From assembly GCA_013265495.1 (NCBI GenBank), contig MU058198.1, forward strand, positions 2,120,419 to 2,184,418: DNA of 64,000 nt. The letters are read 5' to 3'. Every line of letters starts with the position of its first letter. Positions within the stretch are counted from its first letter, which is position 1. The translations under genes and the position numbers were made by a program. The notes beneath the pieces are model-generated. The model did no database searches and had not been told where the DNA came from. It saw only the letters and a list, made by a program, of their open reading frames with translations. Shown one piece after another: positions 54,001 to 63,199 of this stretch. This DNA comes from Vicugna vicugna (lineage: Eukaryota).

Positions 54001-57000
54001 GAAATAATGAGTGGGGACCAAACTCAAAAGAAAGGGAGATGTCAAACAAAAGGGGAAGAAGAATGACACTCAGAGTTTAAGGAGATGACAAGGACAGAAT
54101 TGTAATTTTTAGCAACTAGAATATATTTACACAAACAGGAAAAAAAGCAGTAAAAAGTTTAAAAAGAAAATTGGTAATACATAGGAATGGGAGCTCTCTG
54201 AGGAAAGAAAGTATTCATTCATATGGGCCATAAATCAAAACAATATGAAAATGTATATAAGTACCAAGTCTCATTTTCTTTCCTACCCACCTTTGCCTCA
54301 TCCCATCCCAAGCCTGTTATCATCCTACAGTTTTTTTTACATGTGTATCATCAATTATAAAGATCTGTTTTCCATTTTATTACACAAAATGTAGTATACT
54401 ATGTACAATCTTTTGGACCTCGGCAAATTGCTTTCCATATGTGGATATATAAATTTACACTACACGAGCAATTTTTGAGAGTGGCTATTTCCCTACACTG
54501 ACCATAGCAAAACATATGATCAGTCTTTTGGGCTTTAGCCAGTCTGGCAGTGTAACCAAGCTAGCAGGATTGGTTTCCCGCTGCCCAACGGAAAGACCAA
54601 ATACTGAAGCAACGGTCTTCTATAGAGAGAAAAGACTTTATTTATTGCAGGGCAGCCAAGCAAGGAGATAGAAGGCAAAGCTCAGATCTGTCTTCCCAAT
54701 CAGCTTTGAGTGGGAGTCGGAAACAGGAGGGTGTCTGGGCTAAGAAATGATTGATAGAAGGGTAAGGGGGGAAGTTTCATGAGTCCTCTGCACAGGCACA
54801 ACTGTCTTCATGCCTTTTCATGGGTTGCATGTGCAAATTGGGAGGGGGTGGTTTCCTTCTGTTGCATGTGGTGGATTTTCAGCCTCCAAAGTTCACTGAT
54901 CAGTCATTCTTGTCCCTCAGTGATCCTATGCGATGTTGAGTCGAAGGAAACAGTCAGGAAATTGTTTCCTTACAGGTGATTTCCTTGGTATTCTGCAAAG
55001 CAAGCTCTGTAATCTTAGTTAATCATTTCTTGCTAGTGGATGTGGGGCATGTTTGGTGGGCTGTCAGCAAGCTGTTGTTTTTCGAGTAGCTCAGAAGTCC
55101 CAGCCAATCATTTCCCACTTCAACACAGTGGAACACAGTTTCAGTAGATTTTTTTTAAAATAGCATTTCCGTATAGTTTTAAATAATTTCTTATTATGAG
55201 TGAGGCTGCATAACTTTTAAAAATAAAAACTGTGAATATTTAAAGTGCACAACATGATGATTTATATACATATACTTATTACTATAGTCAAGCACATCAG
55301 CATATCCTCACAGTTACCTTTTGTGTGTGTGATTAGAAGACCTGAAGTTTACCCTCCTAGCACACTCCCAGTATTCAGCAGAGTATTATTAACTACAGTC
55401 AGCATACTGTTGTATCTCCAGACTTATTCATCCTACATAACCTGAGCTTTGTACCCTTTGACCAACATCCCCCTTCCTGTCTCCCAGCTCCTAGTAACCA
55501 TCGTTCAAGTCTCTTCTTCTAAGTATTTAACTTTTCTAGTTTCTACATAAAAATGTGGGTTTTTTTTTTCTTTCTGTATCTGGCTTTTTTCATTTAGCAT
55601 AATGTCTCTAAAATTTAAAATAATTCGTAGTGGCAGAAAGTGCATCAGTCATTGCTTGAAGAGTAGGAGGTGAGGAGTGGGAGGCAGGTATTACAAAGGG
55701 ACACAAAAACTGTTGGGGCTGTGGGATAACAGACTATCTGGATTGTGATGATGGTTTCACAGTTTCACAGTGACAGTATTTACCAAAGTTATCAGCTTGC
55801 ACAATTTAAATACATATGGTCTATCGTATGTCAATTATACCTTAACAAAGCTGTTCACAAGATACGGTGGTGAATGGTGGAAAAATAAAAACTTTTTCAG
55901 AGGAAAAAAAATGAGATTTATTACTTCCAGCACACTCTTGCTAAAGGAAATACTAAAGGATTTACACTTCAAGAGTAAGAAAGTTGATCCATGACAAAAG
56001 CCTTGCAATGAAATAAGGAATGAAAATGAAAAGACAGTGGTAAATATATGTGTCAATGTATTTTGATTTCTAAAGGTAATAATATTAATGAAAATTATAA
56101 ACTAGGATTGAAATACATGACAATACAAGTTCCAAAGGTAGTTAATGAAGTTATAAAGTATTCTTATTTATACAGTCTAGAGGTAAAATAGGGTGATTCA
56201 TTTTTTATTTTGATATGGTTAACTTGACTATTTTACATTTCAGAGTAACCACTAAAAGAAACAGTATATATAAATTTCAAAAGTAAAGCAAAAGATGGAG
56301 TGATTAAAAAAAAATGCTCAATCAATCCAAAATAAGGCAAGAAAAAAGAGTAACCAAGATATAGGACAAATATAATATATGAATCAAGTTGACAGATTTA
56401 AATTCACATATATGAGTGATAAATTGCAGTATAAGTGAACTCAACATTACAGTTAAAGAACAAAGATTTAAGTTAGGGTGAAAATAAAGCAAAGAGAGAA
56501 ACAAAAGACTAAACTATATCCTCTTTACAAGGGGCATATTTTAAAACATATGAGAAGTCTGAAAGTAAATGAAGGGAGAAAAACACTATGAATATACTAA
56601 TCAAAAAAGCAGCGGTAGCTATAATATGAGACAAAACATTAAGGCAACAACTATTACTAGAGTTACAAGAGTGTGATTGCATAATTTTCATCAGGAAGAC
56701 ATAGTTTAAAACATTAAAATGTCAAGATTACAGGCTCAACATTTATAAAGTATAAAAAAGGGGGAATTCAAGGAGAAACAGACACATGATTGTAGTGGCT
56801 AATTTTAACATCTTTTTCACTGTGATAGAACAAAGACATTGAAAACTCATTAATGAGATGTAGAATATTTGAACAGAACAATTAACGGGCTTAAAGAAGT
56901 ATACAAATATTGTACCCAACAAATGAAGAATGATACTATTCTTTCATACAAGGAATATTTTTTTAGAAGAACTGATCATATGTTGGATTAAAGCAGGCTC

Positions 57001-60000
57001 AATAAATTTCAAAGATATAAAAAGATATATAAATTTTTATATATTAAAGATATCATTAGAACAACATAAGCCTTTGTAAATCTGAAAAAAGGGAATCAGC
57101 CATAACAGAAAACAAGGTGGAATTCTAGCCTAAAAACATCAAAAATGACAAAAGTGGCACGAATACTAAAAGGTAACATTTATCATGGAGACGGAGAAGT
57201 TACGAGTATTTTTTGCACCAAATGACACAAAAGCAACCTCCCTAAGGCATAAATTATGGGAAATATGAGAATAAAAACATAATAAATGAAATCTTTAATC
57301 CTCTTATTTTAGTACAAGACAGATGATGTCAACAGAAAATATGGATAAAGAATATGTAAGCAACACAGTCAATATGGTAAACATGATTGTTATATATCAA
57401 ATTCTACATCTCTCAAAAATAATTCAATAATGGGTATGACCATTTTTATTCCATACATCAAAAAACAATCTTTCAAAATATAAAAATATGTATATTATGA
57501 TTATAATTGAATACAATAAAAAAATAACAAAATCAGAATATGAAAAGTTCCTCTCATTTTGAAATTTAAAAATTCATCTTTAGATGACTCTTGCTTTCAA
57601 TAAAATATTACAAAGTTTCTAGAAAATAATGAAAGCATTACATGAGATTATGATATACAACCAACCACTACTCAGAGAATAACGTATGACCTTATATATG
57701 CTCATTTCAATTTAAAAAAAAAAAATAAAACAAGTTATAACCACATGGTTCAGAAAACAATGAATGGAAGAAAGCATATAAAAGTATAACTGTAGACAAT
57801 AATACATAAATAAGTAAAAATATAATAAAGTCAACTAACCAAAAAATAAGTCAAAACAACTAGAACTTTTTAAAAATAGAGAAATAGCTAAACCTATTAA
57901 AACCGGAAGGGAACACAAATACATTGACTAGAAATCATAAGAAACAGAAAGTACTTGATTCAATTCCATGTAAATAAAATGTGAATCTTTAATAAAAGTA
58001 ATTTTCTAGCTACATACAAATTATTAAAACTTATCTCAGAAGAAATAGAAAATAGTAAACTGAGATAATCATAATTTCTGTAGAAACATAGAGGAAGTTA
58101 CCAAATATTTACTCTTCAGTGAAGTAAAATAAAATAAGATAAAATAAAATTAAGCATTAGTTACAGACGGGTTTCATAGGGACTATTCTATCAGCATTTT
58201 AAAGAGCAAATAAAAAGAATAGTCTTTTAATGTTCAGATCATAGGAAAATGATGGAAAACTGTCATAGAAAAATCAGGAAAAAATATAAAAGAATAAATA
58301 TATTTTAAAACAAAAAATTTGTCTTTCTCTGTCTAACTTATTTCACTTAGCATAATATCCTCTAGGTCCATCTACGTTTGTCACAAATAGCAAGATTCCA
58401 TTCTTTTTTATGGGTGAGTAACATTCTATTGCATAGATATATCACATCTTTTTTTTAACATTTTTTATTGAGTTATATCATTTTACAATGTTGTGTCAAA
58501 TTCCAGTGAAGAGCACAATTTTTCAGTTATACATGAACATATATATATTCATTGTCACATTTTTTTCTCTGTGAGCTACCATAAAATCTTGTATATATTT
58601 CCCTGTGCTACACATTATAATCTTGTTTATCTATTCTACATTTTGAAATCCCAGTCTGTCCGTCCCACCCCCTGCCCCCTTGGCAACCACAAGTTTGTAT
58701 TCTATATCTATGAGTCTGTTTCTGATCTGTATTTATGTTTTGTTTTGTTTTGTTTTGTTTTAGATTCCACATATGGGTGATCTCATATGGTATTTTTCCT
58801 TCTCTTTCTGGCTTACTTCACTTAGAATGACATTCTCCAGGAGCATCCATGTTGCTGCAAATGACGTTATGTTGTCGTTTTTGTGGCTGAATAATATTCC
58901 ATTGTATAAATATACCACCTCTTCTTTATCCAGTCATCTGTTGATGGACATTTAGGCTGTTTCCATGTCTTCGATATTGTAAATAGTGCTGCTATGAACA
59001 CTGGGGTGCAGATGTCACTTTGAAGTAGGGTTCCTTCTGGATATATGCCCAGGAGTGGGATTCCTGGGTCATATAGTAAGTCTATTCCTCGTCTTTTGAG
59101 GAATCTCCATACTGTTTTCCACAGTGGCTGCACCAAACTACATTCCCACCAGCAGCGCAGGAGGGTTCCCTTTTCTCCACAGCCTCTCCAGCATTTGTCA
59201 TTTGTGGATTTTTGAATGATGGCCATTCTGACTGGTGTGAGGTTATACCTCACTGTAGTTTTGATTTGCATTTCTCTGATAATTAGTGATACTGAACATT
59301 TTTTAATGTGCCTTTTGATCATATCACATCTTCTTTATCCATTCACTCATCAACACACTTAGTTTGTTTCCACATCTTAGCTATTGTAAATATTATGCTG
59401 CAGTGAACATGGGACTGCAAATATTTTTTTGAGTGACTGTTTTCATTTCCTTTGGATAAATACACAGAAGTGGAACTGCTGGATTATATGGTAGTCTATT
59501 TTTAATCTTTTGAGCAATCTCATACTGTTTTCCATAGTGACGGCACCAATTTACATTCTCACCAACAGTGCACAAGGGTTCCCTTTACTCCACATCCTCA
59601 CTCGTATTTGTTATCTCTTGTTGCCTTTTTGATAATAGCCATTCTAACAGGCATGAAGTGATAAATCATTGTGGTTTTGATTCTCATTTCCCTGATGATT
59701 AGTGATGTTGAGTGCCCTTTCATGTGCCTGTTGGCCATCTGGATGCCTTCTTTCAAAAAATGTCTATTCAGGTCCTCTGCCCATTTTTTAATCAGATTGT
59801 TTGTCTTTTTGATGTTGAGTTAATGAGTTCTTTACATAAACTGGATATTAACTTTTTTATCAAATAGATAATTTGCAAATATTTTCTCCCATTTGGTAGG
59901 ATGCCCTTTTGTTTTATTGGTGGATTCCTTTGCTGAACAGAAGTTTTCAGTCTCATTTAGTCTAACTTGTTTACTTTTGTGTATATATATGATATATGTT

Positions 60001-62232
60001 ATATATATGATCATATATATCATGTATATATCATATATTATTTTTATGTGTGGAAGAGTTGGCCTGATACAAGTACTTGGCATTACCAGAAGTGAAAATC
60101 TTATACATGATTTTAACTGATTTAACAGAATGGCAATTTCTTAATGATATTGGAATAGACAACTTCATCTAACAAAAAACTATCTTGGGTGCATAATAGT
60201 GCACAATAGATATGTGTTGAAAATTCCAGTTCGAGATGTTAGTATTCCATTCTACTACCATGGGTTCCAGCTGTAAAGATTCTTTAGACTAAAAAAGAAG
60301 TAATCCTTGTTGGGAGCTCTATGGGTATCACCTTGCCAGCATGGGCTAGAAACCAGGTTTTCTATCTCATCCATGTAACTGTGTGTTCAATGGAATAACT
60401 GACTTGGGTCTATTGCTAATGAATTACCCTCTGGATTCAGATTAGGTCAAGAATTGGCTATTGTCCTCAATCTGACCCCATGCTGAACCACATGACAGGT
60501 CGGGAATTGCTGATCATGTATGCCAGGCTGCGGGGGGTCCCGGAGCCAGATATTTACATGTATGTGGAAACTTTTTTGCATTCAATGCACCTGGAAACCC
60601 ATGCTGACAAGTACATCTACACATACAGGTAAGACATTATGCTACTGTATTTATTATGCTGCCTACTGCACACCTGTGTTTCTACTGTTCAGAATGAATG
60701 ACTGTAAACTCAACCTGACAACTCTGTCACACAGAGGCCATGACTATGAAAGAGCCTTATGTCCTGTCAGGAATAAGGCAGATCACACTTGCATGAAGTT
60801 AACGTTTCGCAGGCATGAGTTGTAGCCTTTGCGTTTCAAAATAGAGCAACTTCATCCCTGTATCCCTATGGTATTTGTCTCCTCTAAACAAAAATATTTC
60901 ACAAGATAATGATGCTAAAATAAATTACCCCAAAAAAGTCATTTTAAAGAAAATGGGTTGATATACACACCTGGGCCTGCTGCCCTCTGTGAGTCATATC
61001 AAAGCAGCACTGTGAAGCTGCCTGCTGCACACCTGTGTTTCTACTGTTAGAATGAATGCCTGTAAACTCAACCTGACAACTCTGTCACACAGAGGCCATG
61101 ACTATGAAAGAGCCTTATGTCTTGTCAGGGTTTGGATGTCAGGAATAAGGCAGATCACACTTGCATGAAGTTAACTTTTTGTAGGCATAAGCTGTAGCCT
61201 TTGCATTTCAAAAATGAGCAGCTTCATCCATATATGACTATGTTTTTTGTCTCCTCTAAACAAAAATACTTCGCAAGATAATGATGCTAAAATAAATTAC
61301 CCCAAAAAAAGTCATTTCAAAGAAAATGGGTTGATATACACACCTGGACCTGGGCCTGCTGCCCTCTGTGAGTCATATCAAAGCAGCACTGTGGGTATAT
61401 GAGCTAATTCTGTCCTATGAATTAACGATGTGTATACCCTTATTTCTTCTTTCTCCTCCACTTTCTGTCTCCTTCTTCGACGACAAAGTGGAGGAAACAA
61501 ACGTAAACTGAATACTGCTATTGCCCTAATGGGAAAGTCCTCAGTTGTCTTCCTGGATGAGCCATCTACTGGCATGGACCCAGTAGCCAGGCGCCTGCTC
61601 TGGGACACAGTTACATGGATGTGCAAAACTGGCAAAGCTATCATCATCACCTCTCACAGGTATGACCCGTTGGGAGACTTGGTTGATAGAAGAGTATAGG
61701 AGGGAATTATACGGAGCCAGGAACATAGGTCAGTGAAGTATGTGAACTACATAAGAGGGACTACAAACAGATGATGATTCTTGGCTTTAGCTCAGTTGAG
61801 TTCTGAAATCCAGACTTGGTAGAAGATTGGAAGTTAGAGAACTGTTCCTATTGTGAAGTTAAAAATCAACTGCTTTGAATTTTAAAACCTCCTCTTCCAA
61901 AATATGGTCTTAGTGATGATCATCTTAAAATACCAAGCTTTCTACTACAAGTGTTACCTTATAATCCTAGCTCTGTTTTGAAATGCAGAATTTTCCCTCT
62001 GAAAGGGAGTCTCTTCAGCCATGTATCCTTTGTGCCCCTAGCATGGAAGAATGTGAGGCGCTTTGTACCAGGCTGGCCATCATGGTAAAGGGGAAGTTCA
62101 AGTGCCTAGGCAGCCCTCAGTACCTCAAAAACAAGTTTGGTAACGTATATATTCTGACAGCAAAGATTAAGATTGATGAAAATGAAGATAAACTAGCGGA
62201 GTTCAAAGAATTCATTGCAACAACTTTCCCAG
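5932..62232 (+). CDS. ABCA16: ABCA-subfamily full transporter, ABCA3-like (ABCA14/15/16/17 group, most likely ABCA16); partial, 18 exons: join(5932-6049,8936-9090,13676-13831,14172-14382,16653-16803,20034-20132,29473-29638,31070-31364,35786-36032,36173-36377,39612-39831,42390-42554,48713-48900,52520-52645,52899-53093,60441-60628,61489-61659,62042-62232)
   Basis: All exons are AG/GT bounded with compatible phases and no stops. Two NBDs with Walker A ([18 protein letters not shown]), Q-loops (CPQ), signatures ([18 protein letters not shown]), Walker B (ILDEP, FLDEP) and H-loops. ABCA motifs [36 protein letters not shown]. Family call is near-certain; the paralogue call rests on recalled similarity to rodent Abca16 ([35 protein letters not shown]) and is less sure (~0.6). 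Confidence 0.93.
7105..7967 (-). mobile_element. LINE-1 3' end (L1MA-type)
   Basis: T-rich tail; minus-strand ORF with [27 protein letters not shown] (ORF2 C-terminus). Confidence 0.9.
8170..8450 (+). mobile_element. LINE-1 3' UTR fragment (L1MA9-like)
   Basis: ggtcaaaaggtacaagcttccagttataaaataa...gttgctaagagagtaaatcttaaaagttctcatca. Confidence 0.85.
8936..9090 (+). CDS. ABCA16: ABCA exon, NBD1 Q-loop ([16 protein letters not shown]...[25 protein letters not shown])
   Basis: tttgtag| ... |gtgagt; 155 nt, phase 1 to 0; absent from the ORF track. Confidence 0.95.
9105..13410 (-). mobile_element. Old, fragmented LINE-1 (L1MC/MD-type)
   Basis: antisense 3' UTR then ORF2 text (gaaactgccaaac, ttttaatttgcatttc, gtgttgacctattatcct); the last ~600 bp are less certain. 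Confidence 0.75.
13676..13831 (+). CDS. ABCA16: ABCA exon, NBD1 signature (VKNIRQEVS...[23 protein letters not shown])
   Basis: ctctttctag| ... AAG|gtatta; 156 nt, phase 0 to 0. Confidence 0.95.
14172..14382 (+). CDS. ABCA16: ABCA exon, NBD1 Walker B/H-loop ([17 protein letters not shown]...[18 protein letters not shown]...LKQTYG)
   Basis: tttttag| acceptor; 211 nt, phase 0 to 1; weak donor ATG|gtctct placed by homology and frame. Confidence 0.92.
16060..16310 (+). mobile_element. LINE-2 3' fragment
   Basis: tctgtctcc...ctagaa..tagctctcaaggaggcagg...tttgttcactgct...ataaatgaat. Confidence 0.65.
16653..16803 (+). CDS. ABCA16: ABCA exon, regulatory domain 1 ([18 protein letters not shown]...[15 protein letters not shown])
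   Basis: ttctctcag| ... CAG|gtatag; 151 nt, phase 1 to 2. Confidence 0.95.
17040..17076. repeat. (TG)n microsatellite, interrupted
   Basis: direct reading. Confidence 0.95.
19040..19875 (+). mobile_element. LINE-1 3' end (L1MB-type)
   Basis: aaatgggcaagggacttgaata; ccagcaattccacttctaggtatacacccaaaa; A-rich tail ~19866. Confidence 0.88.
20034..20132 (+). CDS. ABCA16: ABCA exon ([33 protein letters not shown])
   Basis: long pyrimidine tract + tag| ... |gtgagt; 99 nt, phase 2 to 2. Confidence 0.96.
20469..21032 (-). mobile_element. ERV1-type solo LTR, 564 bp
   Basis: 10-bp terminal inverted repeats TGTTGGGGAG...CTCCCCAACA and perfect 4-bp TSD TTTC (20465-20468, 21033-21036); strand inferred. 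Confidence 0.9.
21118..22122 (-). mobile_element. Composite of at least two ERV LTRs (one ending GGTAACA at 21811, another ending TTTCA at 22122)
   Basis: GC-rich; tgctttattgc and ttgcttttaatc reverse polyA contexts; TG...CA style ends; internal boundaries uncertain. Confidence 0.7.
22365..22495 (+). mobile_element. LINE-2 3' end
   Basis: aagcttcataagggcagagaccatgtctgttttgtccactg...ttgaatgaataaatgaat. Confidence 0.75.
22630..26295 (-). mobile_element. LINE-1 (L1MB-type), 3' end through ORF2 to ORF1 with internal deletions
   Basis: minus-strand ORF fragments [19 protein letters not shown] (endonuclease domain) and [12 protein letters not shown] (ORF1). Confidence 0.88.
26296..27020 (+). mobile_element. 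LINE-1 ORF2 fragment
   Basis: aaattcaatgcaatccctatcaaa; tactggcataaaaacagacacatagaccaatg. Confidence 0.88.
27050..28242 (+). mobile_element. Younger LINE-1 3' end
   Basis: ORF2 C-terminal peptides [11 protein letters not shown] and [14 protein letters not shown]; 3' UTR resembles those at 50912-51155 and 58451-59320. Confidence 0.9.
29473..29638 (+). CDS. ABCA16: ABCA exon, inter-half linker ([15 protein letters not shown]...IANIKFNSG)
   Basis: tatgtag| ... GGG|gtgagc; 166 nt, phase 2 to 0; ends in the ABCA3-like KFNSG motif. Confidence 0.88.
30090..30744 (-). mobile_element. ERV1 LTR (MER41-like) split by a SINE
   Basis: gtcaactgaaaaaaatgcacaatctaaaagttgaga..gttttatttggcggac start, tttcaCA end; LTR text continues across the SINE. 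Confidence 0.75.
30293..30429 (+). mobile_element. tRNA-derived SINE (camelid Vic-1-like)
   Basis: A box TAGCTCAAGTGG, B-box-like GGTTCCATCCC, A-rich tail; 17-bp TSD with 2 mismatches GAAAAGTAGGTATCTCA (30276-30292) / GAAAACTAGATATCTCA (30430-30446). Confidence 0.9.
31070..31364 (+). CDS. ABCA16: ABCA exon, first helix of TMD2 and start of ECD2 ([24 protein letters not shown]...QELREVQG)
   Basis: ttattttag| ... AAG|gtaaga; 295 nt, phase 0 to 1. Confidence 0.95.
33118..33507 (+). mobile_element. MaLR LTR (MLT1A-like)
   Basis: gaatgtgactgtatttgga; aaccctgccaaaaccttgatcttggacttctagcctccagaa.tgtgagaaaataaatttct; aaactaata end. Confidence 0.9.
34959..35075 (+). mobile_element. tRNA-derived SINE (Vic-1-like, short form)
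   Basis: TAGCTCAGTGG A box, GGTTCAATCC B box, A-rich tail; 14-bp TSD with 1 mismatch AAGTATGAATGGAG (34945-34958) / AAGTAAGAATGGAG (35076-35089). Confidence 0.88.
35786..36032 (+). CDS. ABCA16: ABCA exon, ECD2 ([10 protein letters not shown]...[19 protein letters not shown]...[15 protein letters not shown])
   Basis: ttattccag| ... GC|gtatgt; 247 nt, phase 1 to 2. Confidence 0.94.
36173..36377 (+). CDS. ABCA16: ABCA exon, TMD2 ([16 protein letters not shown]...[14 protein letters not shown]...[21 protein letters not shown])
   Basis: cttctgtag| ... CTG|gtgagt; 205 nt, phase 2 to 0. Confidence 0.96.
39612..39831 (+). CDS. ABCA16: ABCA exon, TMD2 ([11 protein letters not shown]...[15 protein letters not shown]...[11 protein letters not shown]...IIKYY)
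   Basis: gtcccag| ... ATG|gtaagg; 220 nt, phase 0 to 1. Confidence 0.95.
42390..42554 (+). CDS. ABCA16: ABCA exon ([55 protein letters not shown])
   Basis: ttttaatcatag| ... |gtgagt; 165 nt, phase 1 to 1; absent from the ORF track. Confidence 0.9.
43325..44158 (-). mobile_element. Old LINE-1 3' fragment
   Basis: ttttgagattcatcca; ttgctgaatagtattccattgt; gttgatggacattt. Confidence 0.75.
44159..48030 (+). mobile_element. LINE-1 (L1MB-type) ORF2 3' half and 3' UTR, split by a nested L1 derivative at 45248-47305
   Basis: ORF2 text breaks after aaatcacaatgagata and resumes at ~47319. Confidence 0.88.
45248..47305 (+). mobile_element. Internally deleted LINE-1 (5' UTR + most of ORF1 fused to ORF2 C-terminus + 3' UTR)
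   Basis: ORF1 peptide [15 protein letters not shown]; junction near 46519 into KTTMSYHLT; imperfect flanking TSD. Confidence 0.8.
48713..48900 (+). CDS. ABCA16: ABCA exon, last TM helix ([36 protein letters not shown]...RKCKK)
   Basis: catcctcag| ... AAG|gtaagt; 188 nt, phase 1 to 0; absent from the ORF track. Confidence 0.94.
49878..50240 (+). mobile_element. LINE-1 3' UTR fragment
   Basis: tcagacagagaaagacaaatact...aacagactcacagat...catcaactatacttcaatt + A tail. Confidence 0.88.
50600..51780. mobile_element. L1 mosaic: minus ORF1 fragment, short young plus 3' UTR (50912-51155), plus ORF2 fragment
   Basis: minus [15 protein letters not shown]; 3' UTR like 28010-28240; gcagaaaaagtatttgaca. 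Confidence 0.75.
52520..52645 (+). CDS. ABCA16: ABCA exon ([24 protein letters not shown]...PLLLNDLTK)
   Basis: aatatag| ... AAG|gtaaaa; 126 nt, phase 0 to 0; EDxDVxxERxRV motif. Confidence 0.92.
52899..53093 (+). CDS. ABCA16: ABCA exon, NBD2 Walker A ([16 protein letters not shown]...[23 protein letters not shown]...NIRK)
   Basis: ttttctcag| ... AAG|gtattt; 195 nt, phase 0 to 0. Confidence 0.96.
53380..54020 (-). mobile_element. LINE-2 fragment
   Basis: purine-rich antisense L2 text (ttggatgtggg...aagaacctgagat; ggctgaatcctgagga). Confidence 0.6.
54551..55143 (-). mobile_element. ERV1-type solo LTR, ~593 bp
   Basis: TGTAAC...GTTTCA ends; near-TSD GCAG/GTAG; reverse polyA tttatttattgc. Confidence 0.8.
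55230..58310. mobile_element. L1 mosaic: minus 3' UTR (55230-55610), then old plus-strand L1 fragments
   Basis: tttaaagtgcacaacatgatg...gtaccctttgaccaacatc; A-rich decayed ORF1 end/ORF2 text. Confidence 0.65.
58315..59975 (-). mobile_element. LINE-1 3' region (L1MA-type) hosting a younger L1
   Basis: host text broken at atatcacatctt and resuming with ctttatccattca. Confidence 0.88.
58451..59320 (-). mobile_element. Young 5'-truncated LINE-1 (~870 bp)
   Basis: 12-bp perfect TSD ATATCACATCTT (58439-58450, 59321-59332); uninterrupted 151-aa ORF2 C-terminal frame; retained CpGs. Confidence 0.93.
60441..60628 (+). CDS. ABCA16: ABCA exon, NBD2 Q-loop ([33 protein letters not shown]...ADKYIYTYS)
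   Basis: ggattcag| ... CAG|gtaaga; 188 nt, phase 0 to 2. Confidence 0.95.
60658..61393. repeat. Tandem duplication, two diverged copies (60658-61014, 357 bp; 61017-61393, 377 bp)
   Basis: both copies run gctgcct.ctgcacacctgtg ... tcaaagcagcactgtg. Confidence 0.97.
61489..61659 (+). CDS. ABCA16: ABCA exon, NBD2 signature/Walker B ([36 protein letters not shown]...IIITSHS)
   Basis: pyrimidine tract + gacaaag| ... CAG|gtatga; 171 nt, phase 2 to 2. Confidence 0.95.
62042..62232 (+). CDS. ABCA16: ABCA exon ([33 protein letters not shown]...EFIATTFPG)
   Basis: gcccctag| ... CAG|gtaaga; 191 nt, phase 2 to 1. Confidence 0.96.
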
Positions 62233-63199
62233 GTAAGAGAAGTAGGGTTGGCTTGTGAAAACTGTGTTAAGTCACGTATGTTGTGCTGCTGCATGTAATA
62301 ATTAACTTTTTGCTGTGAATTACTGATGTTTATTTTCAATTAGGCTCCTTTGGGAATAATTTTTTTCTATGAATTTATTCCTGATTATGCTAAGAAGCTT
62401 TCTCAAAATAGCAGAGGCTCTCACCAGTCTCTTGTAGGAACCAACCAGTAAGATAAATGTGTTCAGGTGTATTTATCTGGAGCTAAATTATTGAGGTTAA
62501 GTCTCTATTTTTTATGCTTGATAAAAATTTTTTAGGTTTCCCTTTTCTGAGCATGTATCCTCTGCCTTTCCCTGACTCCTAAGACAGGAAATGCCTATGA
62601 AATGCAAACAAGAACAATAAACTCCCTTTTCTCCTTTCAAGGAAATAATCTCAAGGTGCGACATAACTATTTTGCTTCTGTGTTCTAACTTCAGTAAGTG
62701 CCTCTCTGTGCCCATGGTAAACAGTAATTTACAGCCAGCTTCTGTTTATTTCTACTCCCACTACTTTATCTAATCATTAAGTAGAGACATGGTAAGTCTT
62801 TTAGTAAGTCTGACTGGCTTAGTCTCTGTCTTGAATAATCACTGTCAACAATGTGGTGGCCAGATAGTCAGGATGCAAAATTAAAAGCATGGAGGCTGTA
62901 ACAATGGTAAAGCAATAAATGGTATTGTCCTACACTAAGGAAGTGACCATCAAAATGGAGAGGAAGAAACAATAAGAAATGGATATACATATTGGAATGG
63001 GCAACTCAAGTGGAGGAACCACTATATGGAGAAGATAATTCAGTATCAATTATATAAATTATACCTAGATATTCAGATAAATATGTTCATTAGGCAGCAG
63101 AATATTCATTTAGTTATTCATTCATATAATAAGATTTATGGAGCACTTATTGTATACAGTGTGGAAGATACTGAATTAATCACACAGGATCATATATAC

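Noticed and set aside
58867..59322. 151-aa minus-strand ORF
   Set aside because: C-terminus of L1 ORF2 in a 5'-truncated copy; not a host gene
62642..62716. Possible next ABCA exon (acceptor ctcctttcaag, donor ATG|gtaaac)
   Set aside because: In-frame TAA and no recognisable similarity to the expected ABCA peptide; the real exon is presumably beyond the window
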